Below, piece by piece: positions 1-11,560 of a stretch of DNA of 64,000 bases. The first letter of the stretch is position 1, and each line of letters begins with the position of its first letter. The notes beneath the pieces were generated by a model. That model had not been told where the DNA came from. It saw only the letters and a list, made by a program, of their open reading frames with translations, and made no database searches. A program made the translations under genes and the position numbers. The stretch spans positions 124,001 through 188,000 of the forward strand of contig NW_026250412.1 in the NCBI RefSeq assembly GCF_024521635.1, read 5' to 3'. Origin of the DNA: Tricharina praecox (lineage: Eukaryota).

Positions 1-2461
1 TGATCGGAAATATTGCGAACGCCAGCTGAACCGGATCCCGTTGAGTTCAGGTCACCACATCCAGCCGGCTCCAGCTTCCACGGCGAGTTTAAAGACTTCA
101 CATTGGATTCCCAACACAATACTCCGAACCCTCCTATCGTGGAGGTATCCTACAGCTGCGGCTTTGATTCCCCAGTCCAGATTCTTGATGTGGTACGTAC
201 GATAGAATGAGCGGAGGTCACGGGCCTGTTGCGATATATCTTTCCATCTTGTCAAGCACGACATCTTGGTCTAACCTGTATGGGGATTATTAGATTACCA
301 AAGAGGCGCTCTAGAGTATTATAACACGTGCAGCCTGAATCTGGGTGCGATATGCGTCAGAAGTTTATCTAACATCCACGCCGGGTGCATTCGAACTTCG
401 TGAAGAGCCGAGTGGCACTTCGCAACATCACGCCTGTATCATCGGCAGGCTCACGCCGCCATCCGTGCCTCCGAGTTCGGACGTACTACAACATCTCCAC
501 AAGACTGTACCCACCCCGACTTCCATTCCTACAACAAAGCTGCCACAATGTTCAGCCACAACTACCTACGGCAGTATACTCAACGTGCGAGTGAGCACTG
601 TGAAGCTCGTCATCAGCCTCACGATTCAATTGAACACGTAGGTAGTATCTATCCTACGAGGTCAACTTTCAAGGGCAGGGTTCTTACCTCACCACTACTA
701 TCACTATTATCACTATTAGTACTCGGAAGCGATCCAAACACCCAGCCTATCACCGCCCTCCCCAGCGGCCAGTGCTGGGCGTATCACCAAAGGCCAAGTA
801 TCACCGCTGCACCGTAGGCTGTAGCACTGTACGAGTCGAGTCGAGGCGAGGTGATTCTGTTTGCTTTGCCGTAGGTAGGCACTCGTAGACAGATAATGGC
901 GATGGCCCCGATGGCTCCGATGTCTCCGATGGCCCCGATAGGGGATGCAGCCACTCGGATAAATGCACCGTCTTCCGTCGTGTATACCTCTGTTACTACG
1001 TATGCGATGGGCCCGTCGATCACCCGCCACTATTTTAGAGTGGGAGTATGTATATACATACATCATAGGTCGCGTCTTCTCGCTGCTGATGCTGTGAGCG
1101 CAGTGGGCGCACTGGCATCTCCGGGCCTCGGGGGGGCCTCCGGCGAGCGGGCTGGGCTGCGTCGTTGCTACGACTCCGTTCAGCTCAGCCCTGGCAGGTT
1201 GGCAGACTGGCAGCTCCCCTATCGCATACATGATCCACGTGTCAGATAGCTAGAGCCTGGATCCTGGAGTCTGGAGTCTGGAGCCTGGAGGATGCAGTCG
1301 GCAGCGGCGGGGGCAGGGGCGGGGGCGGGGGCGGGGGCTGATTGGGCCCCCTGGGACCTGGGCAGTGGGTGGGAGTCTACTGGGAGGTCCTGCATGATGA
1401 TGATTATGATGGAGGGGCGGGCAAAGCTGACGTCTTTTCCTAATTTCTGATTTGCTTGGAGAGGGGTCGTAGAAGGGGGGAACATATGCGTAGAGTTGTC
1501 AGTATTGGTGGATACCTACCGATTAGACTATGGCAGTGGGCACTATACAGAGCTGTGTTGTCTGGTTGGTTCGCTCGGGAGTCGGGAGTCGGGAGTCGGG
1601 ACAGATGGTGGGATCGATTCGTCAGCTACGTTACTCGAGGTACCTACAGGCTGCATATCGAGAGATCTTCTGCGGTAAACACGAACGATCCTGGGTGGCT
1701 ATGACTGGGTGGATCAATACTTAGCTTGTTCCAGAATCTACTCCATAAGTATGATAAGTACTTGTTTCTACCTCGTCCCGCTTTTCTCGGCCCGGGAGAT
1801 CGCGGGAGATCGCGAGAGTGCGAGGAGGGGAAGGAATGGCTTCTATGGCTTCTATGGCTTCCGCCAACATCCCACGTTGCATTGCCTGTTACCTCCGTCA
1901 CCGCCTCCGTCACCGCCATCCCGTACTCGGGAACACTAGGTCTACCGTCTACTTTCTCCAGACCACAGCCATCACATATTTATCACCACGGCCTCCGGGA
2001 CCCCCGAGACCCTGGAGTTCCACGGAGTGCCGTATATGCACAGAGTATAGTAAAGTAGGTAAACCCATTCAAGTATTCAAGACTCTGAAATAAAACAAAA
2101 CGCAAGCAGAAAGCACAACCCGAGCAAAACCTCGAACCCGAAACCCCCCATGGGCCATGCCCCCCTCGAGGGGCAACATCGCAGCCAATCCAAACACCAA
2201 TTAAAAAGTCATACGCCCCTCCCGCATCCCATCCCCAGCCCATCCCCAGCCCATCCCCCGCCCATTCCGCATCCCGCATCCCCCGCCCATCCCAACCAAA
2301 AAATCAATCAATCAAGCGCCCCTTGCCGTCGGCAACCACCCAGCCCGATGTAATATAGTAGCACCGTAAGTCTGCGACACCTGCGGCGTCGACGACGGTT
2401 TCGGTTGCTCTACCGAAGACGTTGACGACGACGCTGGGGAGGAGGGTGGCTGCAGAGGGAG

Positions 2462-3724
2462 TCATGACGATGTCGATTTCTTGCCTCGGCCCGTGAGCTT
2501 CATTACTAGAAGGTCTTTGCCGCGGTCCGCCCAGCCCCTAGGTACACACACTCCCGTGTTAGTGGCTGTGGGAAGGGGTGGGTGGTTTGGTGGTTTGGTG
2601 GCGGGGGGAAATATTGTGGGGAGGGGGGGAAATGTACCGGTAGTCGCGCTTCACCTCGCCGTCTGCCAGCCGCGCTTTCTCGCTCTCGAGGCTCTCAGAG
2701 AATGGCGCTTCCTCGACGATGGTGTTGGCGTCCGACTCGTTGTCGTCAAGGTAGACGACATTTCCGGCGCCCTGTGATGTCCAACACACCAACATCAGTT
2801 CAATATTCCCACGCATCACCACCACCACCACCCGTAACACCACAGAAAATCAAGAGGATTCCCAAAACCTACACCACGTCCACCATGGAAGTCATTCGAA
2901 AGCACGGGGGGGACACCCTCGACGTCCTGTGCGATGCGCGCGTTCTCGGGGTGGTTTGGGTCGTTGATGGCCATGTTTCCGGTGCCGCCTCTTCCAGTCG
3001 TGTAGACGGCGCTCTTGAGGGTGGGGATTTTCAGATCCGACTCCGACTCCTTATACGCGTCCGCTGTCTCACGAATGTTGCCTGCTCCGCCGCGACCTTC
3101 CCGAAATCAATCAGCCAGTTGGCCATATGTAGATAGTTATCTCTCGCCCGCCCGCACCCCCTCCCTCCCTCCCCCTCCCCCCTCCCCCGTCTCCTTCCCC
3201 CGGAGAACCACCCCCTCTATTGGTCTGGAGCCCAATTATTTGCTTTTGGGGGATCTCATTGGGCCTAAACCGCCAGGTCGAGATAATGTCGGAATCAAGA
3301 TGCTGCGTGGCAGATCGCTGCAGCACTACCTACACTACGCACGGGCAACGCCTAAGACGGCCAATCGAGTGGAGTGGGTGTGTGGGTGTGGGTGTGTGTG
3401 GGGGCTGAACGGAAGCCAGGATTGAATTAGGACGTACCGTGAGACACCTACGGATTTGCGTTCGGGCATTAGCATATTAGCAAATCCACGCACGTTTGAT
3501 CGCCGAAGAGATGGGTATTCGAGATGTGAATGAACGCCGACTTCAACGGGCGAGCGATAGTTATGCATGTATGTATGATATGTACGGACGGGCCGGGCGG
3601 GGGGGGAAGGCGAAGGAAGGAAGCTAGTGGCCGGGATTCCGCATGGAACGGCTGGGTATGGTGGATGGCACTGGGCACAGCGAGTGGTACTTACAACGCG
3701 GAACAGAGCGTTATCTTCGGCCAT
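2462..3724 (-). CDS. DUF3602 / Par32(Amu1)-like GRGGAGN-repeat protein, ~157 aa, 5 exons (3724-3695, 3447-3438, 3096-2873, 2771-2638, 2537-2462)
   Basis: Spliced product MAEDNALFRV-VSHGRGGAGNI...YTTGRGGTGNM...FHGGRG-GAGNV...DYRGWADRGKDLL...STSS*. It has three GRGG[AT]GN motifs, and all introns are GT-AG with CTAAY/CTGAT branch sites and consistent phases. Not visible as a single ORF in the track. Confidence 0.85.
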
Positions 3725-4847
3725 CTCCCTTAGTGAAGAGTGTTCGTAAGAAACCGGAATTGTATTGTGTGGGGGAGCAGCGGCAAGATTGCTTTTTTGC
3801 GAGGAGGTAGGTTTGGATTCGATATATAAGGACGCCTTGAAGCTCGAGCTTGGAGATGAAGTGGGAGAGAATGTATCGATGAACGACAACCGAACGACTT
3901 GACGACTCAACTTGACGACTTCTTGCGGGACCGGTGCCGGGTCTTTCACTGATAAATAGGAGGAGGAGCTTCGGTCACTTTTGCTGCGACGGAGAATGGG
4001 GGGTGGAAGAGAAAGACTGCTTCGAGCTACTTTAATAGAACCACGATCCGGGAGCCAGAGCGACAAAGCCAAGTGGAGCTACAGCCCGAAGCTATAAGAA
4101 CGCCCTCCTTTTTTTGCACGCAAACGGCAGATTTTTCTTTCGAGGCAACAGCCAGCAGCAGCAGCATCCAAAGCACCATGTTCGTGTCGGTTGTTGGGAC
4201 GTAATGGAGAGGGATATCTGCTTCGTCGGTGCGGAATGGCGGCACATCCACCTCAGTCTCACTAACCATTGTTGTTGCTGTTGCTGCTGCTGCTGCTGCT
4301 GCTGTTCCTGCTGCTGCTGCTTGTCGATTCACAGCGGATGTGGTGCACAAAGTGCACAATTCGAGATGTCGTTAGGTAATTTGTAGCGCCGGCTTCCCTA
4401 TGCGCCGCCTTTCGAGTTCCGGGTAGATGGCATCATGGGCTCGAGGCGGCCGGGTGGAAGGGCTCTATGCAGTGTGTGAGACTGCTGTTGCAGATGTTGT
4501 TGTTGTTGTCCGTATGATAGGATTTGCACGCAATTGCTGGTTGCTGGGCCTTGTCTCTGGCGGTTACAAGTACGTAACTAATTGCCCAGCGAGCATGACG
4601 TGCGAGACGAGAAGTCGCCGACCAGAACGACGCGGGGATTAGCTTGGATCGGAGGATTCGAGACGGTGTTGCGGCTAATGGGACCAATCGCCAAATCGAC
4701 AGGGGTGCGGGTCAGCTGACGCGTGCTGGCAGACGCTGGGCTCAGCCCGTTCAATAATCAATTCTCCGCGGGCGATGGAAGGTTGGCACGGCAGTCTGCA
4801 TTCTTCGGGATTTGTGGCGTATAGTTATATGTGACGCGGAACACTGC

Positions 4848-5135
4848 GACGGTAGTTCCTGATCCTCCGCGACGGACTGTGGCGGCTGTTCCTGGTTGAC
4901 GGTAGTTCCTGATCCTCCGCGACGGACTGTGGCGGCTGTTCCTGGTTGACGGTAGTTCCTGATCCTCCGCGACGGACTGTGGCGGCTGTTCCTGGTTGAC
5001 GGTAGTTCCTGATCCTCCGCGACGGACTGTGGCGGCTGTTCCTGGTTGACGGTAGTTCCTGATCCTCCGCGACGGACTGTGGCGGCTGTTCCTGGTTGAC
5101 GGTAGTTCCTGATCCTCCCCACCGGACTGTGGCGG
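4848..5135. repeat. 50-bp minisatellite, 5 perfect copies plus a degenerate sixth
   Basis: Unit GACGGTAGTTCCTGATCCTCCGCGACGGACTGTGGCGGCTGTTCCTGGTT starts at 4848, 4898, 4948, 4998, 5048 and (diverged) 5098. Confidence 0.97.
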
Positions 5136-6349
5136 TAGTTAGTTCCTGGTCCTCTGCAACAGTCTGTGACGGCTGTTCCTATTCTTCTGCACGATTTCCA
5201 ACGCGCGGCCGTGCTCAATTCTCGTCTGTGTGTCCTGCTCCGGTGGCAAGACGGAGCATCCTGTTCCACGAGGCCGATGTGAAGTGCAAAGAACCATGAA
5301 AGCCGCCACCGGGAGCATGCAGGCTTGTCTAGGCCACCCGCGGAAGCAGTCTTCGGGTATGTAGGTAGGGCACATACATACCATCCACGCCAGCTCCGGT
5401 ATGTACCCATCATGTGGCACCAGATTCGTTTTTGCGGCCGGCTCGGTGCGCTCGTAAGTTTCAGGTCTGCACTTTCCAGCGTAACTCCCTAGCTCGTCGA
5501 TTTCTTACACCCCGGCCGTAACTAGGCCCTTGGCATTGTGGGGAAGGACTTATCGACGATTCGATGGAGTCGCCGACCTAACTGACAGATGCTCGGTCGC
5601 GGGCCCAGCCAACGCCACGGCGCATTCCTGTGGCTAACGTCGTGCGATTCATGCGGGCTGAGTGCCATGTAAAATTTCAGCTCTGCGAAACGGTTAATTT
5701 ACCCGTATAAAATCCTGAGCCCAAAGCGGGGGCGGGCAAGGGGAATACTCTGCCTGAAGCCTGATGGGCGGACATCTATCTCATCGCGAAAGTCTAGTAT
5801 CTGTATATTACAAGACTAGGTACCGTAGGTAGATGCTCAACAACCGTTGAGACGTCAACGGTGCAGAGATTTCTTCCGGCGTCTATGTTATAAGCGATCC
5901 ATTGTGTAACCGACTACGGAGCTCTCTGCTGCGATGATGCCGACGAGAGTCTAAATAAGTTCGGTCTTCTCTTCACATCTACTCCAACTACATACCAGTC
6001 TTTGCGGCTAGTGGAGGTGCATAGATTCGACTGGTAGGCAACCGTGATATGTGCAACTGCCACCATGAAACACATGATGTCACTCGGCAATTTCGATTAA
6101 GTGAGTCGGGACAGCCACCATGTTCAATCCGTTATTTCTTTACTGAGATGGACGGTACAGGTTCGTCTCGCACCGACTACGTATCGGCTTGACAACACCA
6201 AAGATTTCTCGGATGGACACAACAAAGGATACAGGCAACGCTAAATACAAAAAATCAGTCACCGTACAGACCCAAAAGACCCAAAATACCAACAGAGATA
6301 TCCAGCTCTCAACCCAAAACAAGATGCAACAAACCAAGCCAAACAACAG

Positions 6350-7120
6350 TCAGCTCCCGCCATCCATACCTTTCAACCAAGCACTCACCCTGTCCTTCGC
6401 CCCCTTCCCCAACCTACAGTTCTCACACTGCTTCTCGACCTGCGCCTGCCCACTAAACACCTCAGCACCATGATGTCCACATCTCCACTTGACCACCGCC
6501 GACTTGATAACCCTGCGGCCCTCCTCTGCCATCTCACTCTCCAGCGCCTCAGCCCTCGCCCTCTCCCACGCCGCCCCCAAGAACGGCTTCGGCGCCACCG
6601 GTACCGGCTCCTTTAGCTGCAGCTGCCGCTTCATCTGACCCGCAGGGGCCCTAGCCCTACTATTCGCCCACCTCCTCGCGTCCTCCTGCTCCCTTTTCCG
6701 CTGCTCCCTCCCCCTCAGCCCCTCCACCCCCGTTGCATCCCTTTCCCTCCACTCCCCCCACTCCCTCCTCCACTCCCACTCCCTCCCCTTCCCCCTCTTC
6801 CCTCCACGACCCCATCCCTCAGGCGTAGCTCGCGGCTGACATATCTCGCAAACATCCGACTCCCTCGCCCCAGGCTTTTGGGCAAAATGTCCGCACGCCA
6901 GCACGACGACTTTTCCAAGCGTCCGGTGCGTCGAGTGCGTCGAGTGCGTCGCCTGCTGTGCCTCGTGGACCCAGAAGCTGGGCGATGACGGAGAGCGCGA
7001 GAGGCAGGCGTTGCACGGACGTGGGAGAAGACGTGTGCTCGTTGTGGGACCGCTGTGAGCGTGCCCGCATGTGTATGAGGCCGTATGGCGGTGGGGGCGG
7101 GGGCGGGGGGGGCTTGACAT
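6350..7120 (-). CDS. Orphan protein, 256 aa, with three CGH-x(n)-CxxC putative zinc-binding motifs
   Basis: True ATG start, intronless, CA-rich leader upstream. Motifs YTCGH..CNAC, LACGH..CEIC and WRCGH..CENC, with a charged E/R-rich middle. Confidence 0.65.
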   Translation of the reverse strand: MSSPPRPRPHRHTASYTCGHAHSGPTTSTRLLPRPCNACLSRSPSSPSFWVHEAQQATHSTHSTHRTLGKVVVLACGHFAQKPGARESDVCEICQPRATPEGWGRGGKRGKGREWEWRREWGEWRERDATGVEGLRGREQRKREQEDARRWANSRARAPAGQMKRQLQLKEPVPVAPKPFLGAAWERARAEALESEMAEEGRRVIKSAVVKWRCGHHGAEVFSGQAQVEKQCENCRLGKGAKDRVSAWLKGMDGGS

Positions 7121-7829
7121 ACTGGGTGGGGGGGGGGGGTTGAATTCTGGATTCTGGATTCTGGATTCGCGGATTAAGTTAGTGGGTGGGTGTTTGTTCG
7201 TGTGCGGATTCGTAGTGGTCGGATTTGTAGTGGTCGAATTCGTGCGGATTCGTTGTGGTCGAAATCGTGGTGCTCAGTGGTCGTGGTGGTCGGAGTTTTG
7301 GCGTCGTCTGGATCACAGCAGACGAGTCGCGGGTTTTCTTTATGGGCGAGGTCGGAGGTGGGAGGTGCTTGATTGAATGGGAGAGGCGGTGGGCGATAGA
7401 ACGCTGGTGGGCAGTCATGTCGAAGGCGGGCAACTCGAATGGAAATGGCGGATAGAGAGGCTCGAGTTGAATGATCTCACTAGGCGGTGGCCATAAGATC
7501 ATAGTTGGGACGAAAGTTTCATTGAATATTTGGGAATAGGTGCAGGCTTGAATTTTGAAACTGGTATGCCGTCGAGTGACTACGACACTATCTCTCACTC
7601 ACCATATAACTTCCTAATGCTCATTGAGCAACCTTCTAAGTTCCAATAGCATCGCCCAACCTCTATACCAGCCAAGCGCCTTCGTCCGCTCAACGCTCAA
7701 CCTCCCCAGTTCAAGGCAGGCCTCACGCTTCTGTGACGCGCCAACGAGCAATGCGACTTCCCCAGTACTCAAGTTACCTCAACCAACATCCTCCGCACCC
7801 CCAGTGCCCCGACACCACAACCTCTTTAC

Positions 7830-8195
7830 TCACCGCGGTCTTAACCTTCCGCACCCCCGCGCAAACCACCTTCCCAACCTCCCCATAGCCCTCATCAGAC
7901 CTACCCACCGCCCCCTCCAAGCCCTCCAGGCCTTCCTCCATCCCCTACAGACCCTCCTCTTCCAGGCCCTCCCAGCCCTCCACCTCATACTGCGCAGCCT
8001 ACCGCGCAGCCTGCCGCCCACACTCCTCAGGAGTCTTCGGTAGCTTGTGCGCCGCCAGGCCCGACCGGCACAACAGGGCTGACACCGATGATCTGCTCCT
8101 CCGCCGGGCACACCCTCGCCGCTAGGGTATCTGAAGAACGGCTTATGGCAGCGGTCGCAGCGCAACACTCCGGTGGCGGGCACCGGCATTGACAT
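7830..8195 (-). CDS. Orphan small protein, 121 aa: CxxC...CxxC N-terminus and Arg/Trp-rich basic C-terminus
   Basis: ATG start with TATATAA about 70 nt upstream (8266-8272, minus strand). Motifs CDRC and CQPC. Confidence 0.45.
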   Translation of the reverse strand: MSMPVPATGVLRCDRCHKPFFRYPSGEGVPGGGADHRCQPCCAGRAWRRTSYRRLLRSVGGRLRGRLRSMRWRAGRAWKRRVCRGWRKAWRAWRGRWVGLMRAMGRLGRWFARGCGRLRPR

Positions 8196-9149
8196 AGCAG
8201 GCTCGTTGCGGGTGTGCGGGTGTGCGGGTGGGTGATCGAAGAGAGGTGTGCGGAAGGCCTCACGGTTATATAGTACGCAGGCTCAGCTCAGCTCCGTAGC
8301 TTTGAGGTTGGGGAAAAGTCTTTTCCGCTGTGCTGGCTGCTTCCCGTGCGTCCGAGCACGAGCCCGAAAGGCTTAGTTTCTTGTTCATGATGGATCATGG
8401 CACTGGAAGGCGGTCGCCGGTGGGTTCTATAAGTTGTTTCCTTGCTCAATTTTGGGCCCAATAGATACTTTGGCTGTACTCTCGTTTGGCTGACCAATTA
8501 TCGTCGATAATGGGAACACAGAGCAGAGTGTTGAGCGGTAAGTGGCGAGTGATAGCACATGAATCATGAATTGACCTGGTTATCAGGTGGTAGGCTTCTA
8601 TCTGCTGCTCCCTTGGTCTTTGTGGGGCGTGTTTCTTCTAGAATCCATCCCATCCATCCCAGCCGTTCCATGTATCCGTGTGAAGCCGAAGGGACTTCAG
8701 GCCTTCTTCCAGACTTCCATAGCTCTAGATATCATACATATCTCCTCCGAGTCTTGGTTACTCATCGGTGCGGCGGTGCCGTACCTATACATACGAAAAC
8801 TTAGCTAGAGCGAATTACGTTCCCTTGCCCGTAACTCAATCTACAATATGTCAAGAGTCGACAGCGTAGGCAGTAGGCAGTAGGCTATATTTTGACTTTT
8901 TCTAGCCATGTGTTACAAGTTTATACTTACCGGACATTTGGGCGGCCGGGTGTAAACCTAAAACCTAACTCGCTGCATCGTAAACAGGCAATCAAACTTC
9001 CAGACGATCCGTGAGCTCTTATGATATTGTTTGGGGGCTATTCACGGTCGGTACGTAGCTCGCGGTTGTCCCATCGTTCATTTTGCGCCCCTGTACTATA
9101 TAGTAGTCATGCAGAAACACCTACCTATAACCCAAGCAAGAAACCCCGC

Positions 9150-11560
9150 TCAAACCGCAACCGCAACGCCAAACGCCTTAACCAGCTTCTCAAAGCTGAC
9201 GCCCTCGCAGCAGCCCCAAGCCGGGGTCTTCGCGACCTTCAACCTCGTACTTCTCGGACTGGTGATGCCCCACGCGACACGGGCCAGGAACCTCAGATCG
9301 TCCCAATTATCCTGACCGACAGCCTTCAGCACCGCACGAATCTTGACCATATCGACCTCTGTGGCCTCATCCTCCTTTCCGGGCCACTCGAACTCGACGG
9401 GGGTGGCGGTGACACAGAATCCGCAGGCACCGCAGGCCTCATCCAGCTCGTCGCCAAAGTGGTCAGCCAGGGCGACAGCGTAGCACTCGTATCCCGCGAG
9501 CAGCTCGACGACGGCCCTGACGCGCTCAATGTTCTCGCGCTCCTTGAGCTCCATCTGCTGGTGCGTTTCTCGCGCAAGGCGTGCGATCTCCTCGCCGGTG
9601 GGCAGCGCCTTGAGCACGCGGAAGCGGTTGATCACCCCCGACGGCTTGAGATCGATCGCGCCTAGCTCGGACCACGTCTGCAGCTTGCGGATGATCTGCT
9701 CGCGCTGCGTGTTGTACTGCTCCGCCGTCGCGTCCACGTCGATGTGGCTGAGGCTTTTGGCTTTCCGCGTGGTGGTAACGATCGCTTTCGATATGAAGTC
9801 GGATGCGTCGACGAGTGATGAGAAGCGCGCATTGGGGGTGTATGAGTAGGCCGAGTATTTGGGAGTGATGGCTCGGAGGATGCCGAAGCGGATCTCCAGC
9901 TGGGCGAAGAGCAGGGTGAGAGTGCCGGGGCGGATGTCCCAATCCTTTCCGAGGCTGTACATGTTCGCTTCCACGACGTGGTCTTGCTCGGCGTGTGGGA
10001 ACTCCCCGAAAAAGGCTTTGAGGCACCCGGTGACACTTGCGAGCGAAGGGACGTCGGCTCGAGAGAAGGATTCGTGCTGCCGAATGTCGGAGACGGTGAG
10101 ATACAACATGCAGTTGGCGCGAAGACCATCTCTTCCGGCACGGCCTATCTCCTGACTGTAGCCCTCCAGGGATTTGGGGACCGTAAAGTGGACAATATTG
10201 CGAATGTCCGCCTTGTCAACGCCCATACCGAAAGCAATCGTTGCCGCAATAATCATGTCTTTCGATGCCATGAAACGGTCCTGGATCTTGGTACGTATGT
10301 CAGTAGCAAGTCCTGCATGGTATGCAGCAGCAGTAAATCCTTGCTTCACCAGAAAGTCGGACACCATTTGTGCTTCCTTGGGAATGTCAGCCATAATGTC
10401 AAAAGTTACGGAGGGTGATGCCTACAGCATGGGTCGTGACATAGATGATCGATGGCCCTGGGTTGGCCTTGAGAAACTCAGAGAGAAGGGTCTTCTTTTT
10501 GACCTGAGATTCAACAGCCATCGCATTGAGATGGAGACTGTGGAAGTTAGCCGTGACCGATTTTACGTTCGGGAGATGGGAACAAACTTCGGACGAAACG
10601 TGGGAGTTTTAAAAAGACCCTCCTGCGCGATGTCGAATGCCACGAGGATATCATTGGCAACCTTCGGCGCAGCCTACAAGCTAATCAGCAACAACTCAAA
10701 CCCACAAGCTCAAATTTTATCGCACCGTCGCCGTCAGGCAGAGCACGCGCTCGGCATTGACTTCCTTCGCGAACCGCGCAACCTTCAAGTAATCGGGACG
10801 AAACGACTGCCCCCATTCAGAAACACAGTGGGCCTCGTCCACGGCCACCATGCGGATCTTAACCTCCTTGATCGTCTCGACGAATGCCTCGTTATTGAGT
10901 CGTTCCGGCGCAACATAACTAGCATCCGATCAGCTGGTGGCCCTAGTCGTGCATATCCCGACTAACTAACAGTAGCTTCAACTCCCCCGAACGCAACATA
11001 TCGTAGGTATTCAGCACGCTGTGCCTGTCCTGGGAACTATCGAGCGCAGCGGCCTTAACCCCCCGCTTCTTCAACGCTTCGGTTTGGTCCTGCGCCGACC
11101 GATCAGCACGTATCCCCCCCTCCGCCAGCGAAAAAGCCCATACCTTCATCAACGCGATCAACGGACTGACAACCAGCGTGACACCCCTCCCGGGTTTCCT
11201 TCCACAGATCTCATCGAACAGATCAAACGCCAGCGCGGAGACCTGATATACCAAGCTCTTCCCTCCACCAGTAGGAAACACGACGGCCGCACTCCCGCCA
11301 CATATGAGCCTTGTAATCGCCGCCTCCTGCTCGAGTCTGAACGCCGGGTATCCCCACACATCGCTGAGGATCCGCCGCGCGATCTCCGTAGCTCGCGGAT
11401 CGATAACGACCGGACTCTGGAGCTCGGCGGGCGGCGCGATCTCCAGCGGCGGCAGCTTCTGGAGCACGATGAGCTCGCGGGGTGTCGAGGCGCCGGTTTC
11501 CGCTTTTACTCGCTTCGGTTTGTGAGTGCTGGATTCGCTGCGCTTGCAGGTGGAGGACAT
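9150..11560 (-). CDS. RecQ-family ATP-dependent DNA helicase, ~717 aa, 6 exons (11560-11144, 11089-10971, 10918-10726, 10673-10588, 10537-10426, 10376-9150)
   Basis: Motif 0 ([10 protein letters not shown]), Walker [77 protein letters not shown] and a C..CGACGFC zinc site. Intron phases are consistent. Confidence 0.95.

Noticed and set aside
1..820. Short ORFs at the window start as a gene or gene remnant
   Set aside because: No recognisable motif or consistent splice model; cannot be supported without a search.
4848..5135. CRISPR-like array
   Set aside because: Units are contiguous and identical with no unique spacers, the DNA is eukaryotic, and there are no cas genes.
4751..5413. 220-aa minus-strand ORF
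   Set aside because: Its length comes from a stop-free 50-bp repeat that cycles through all three frames; no domain is recognisable.
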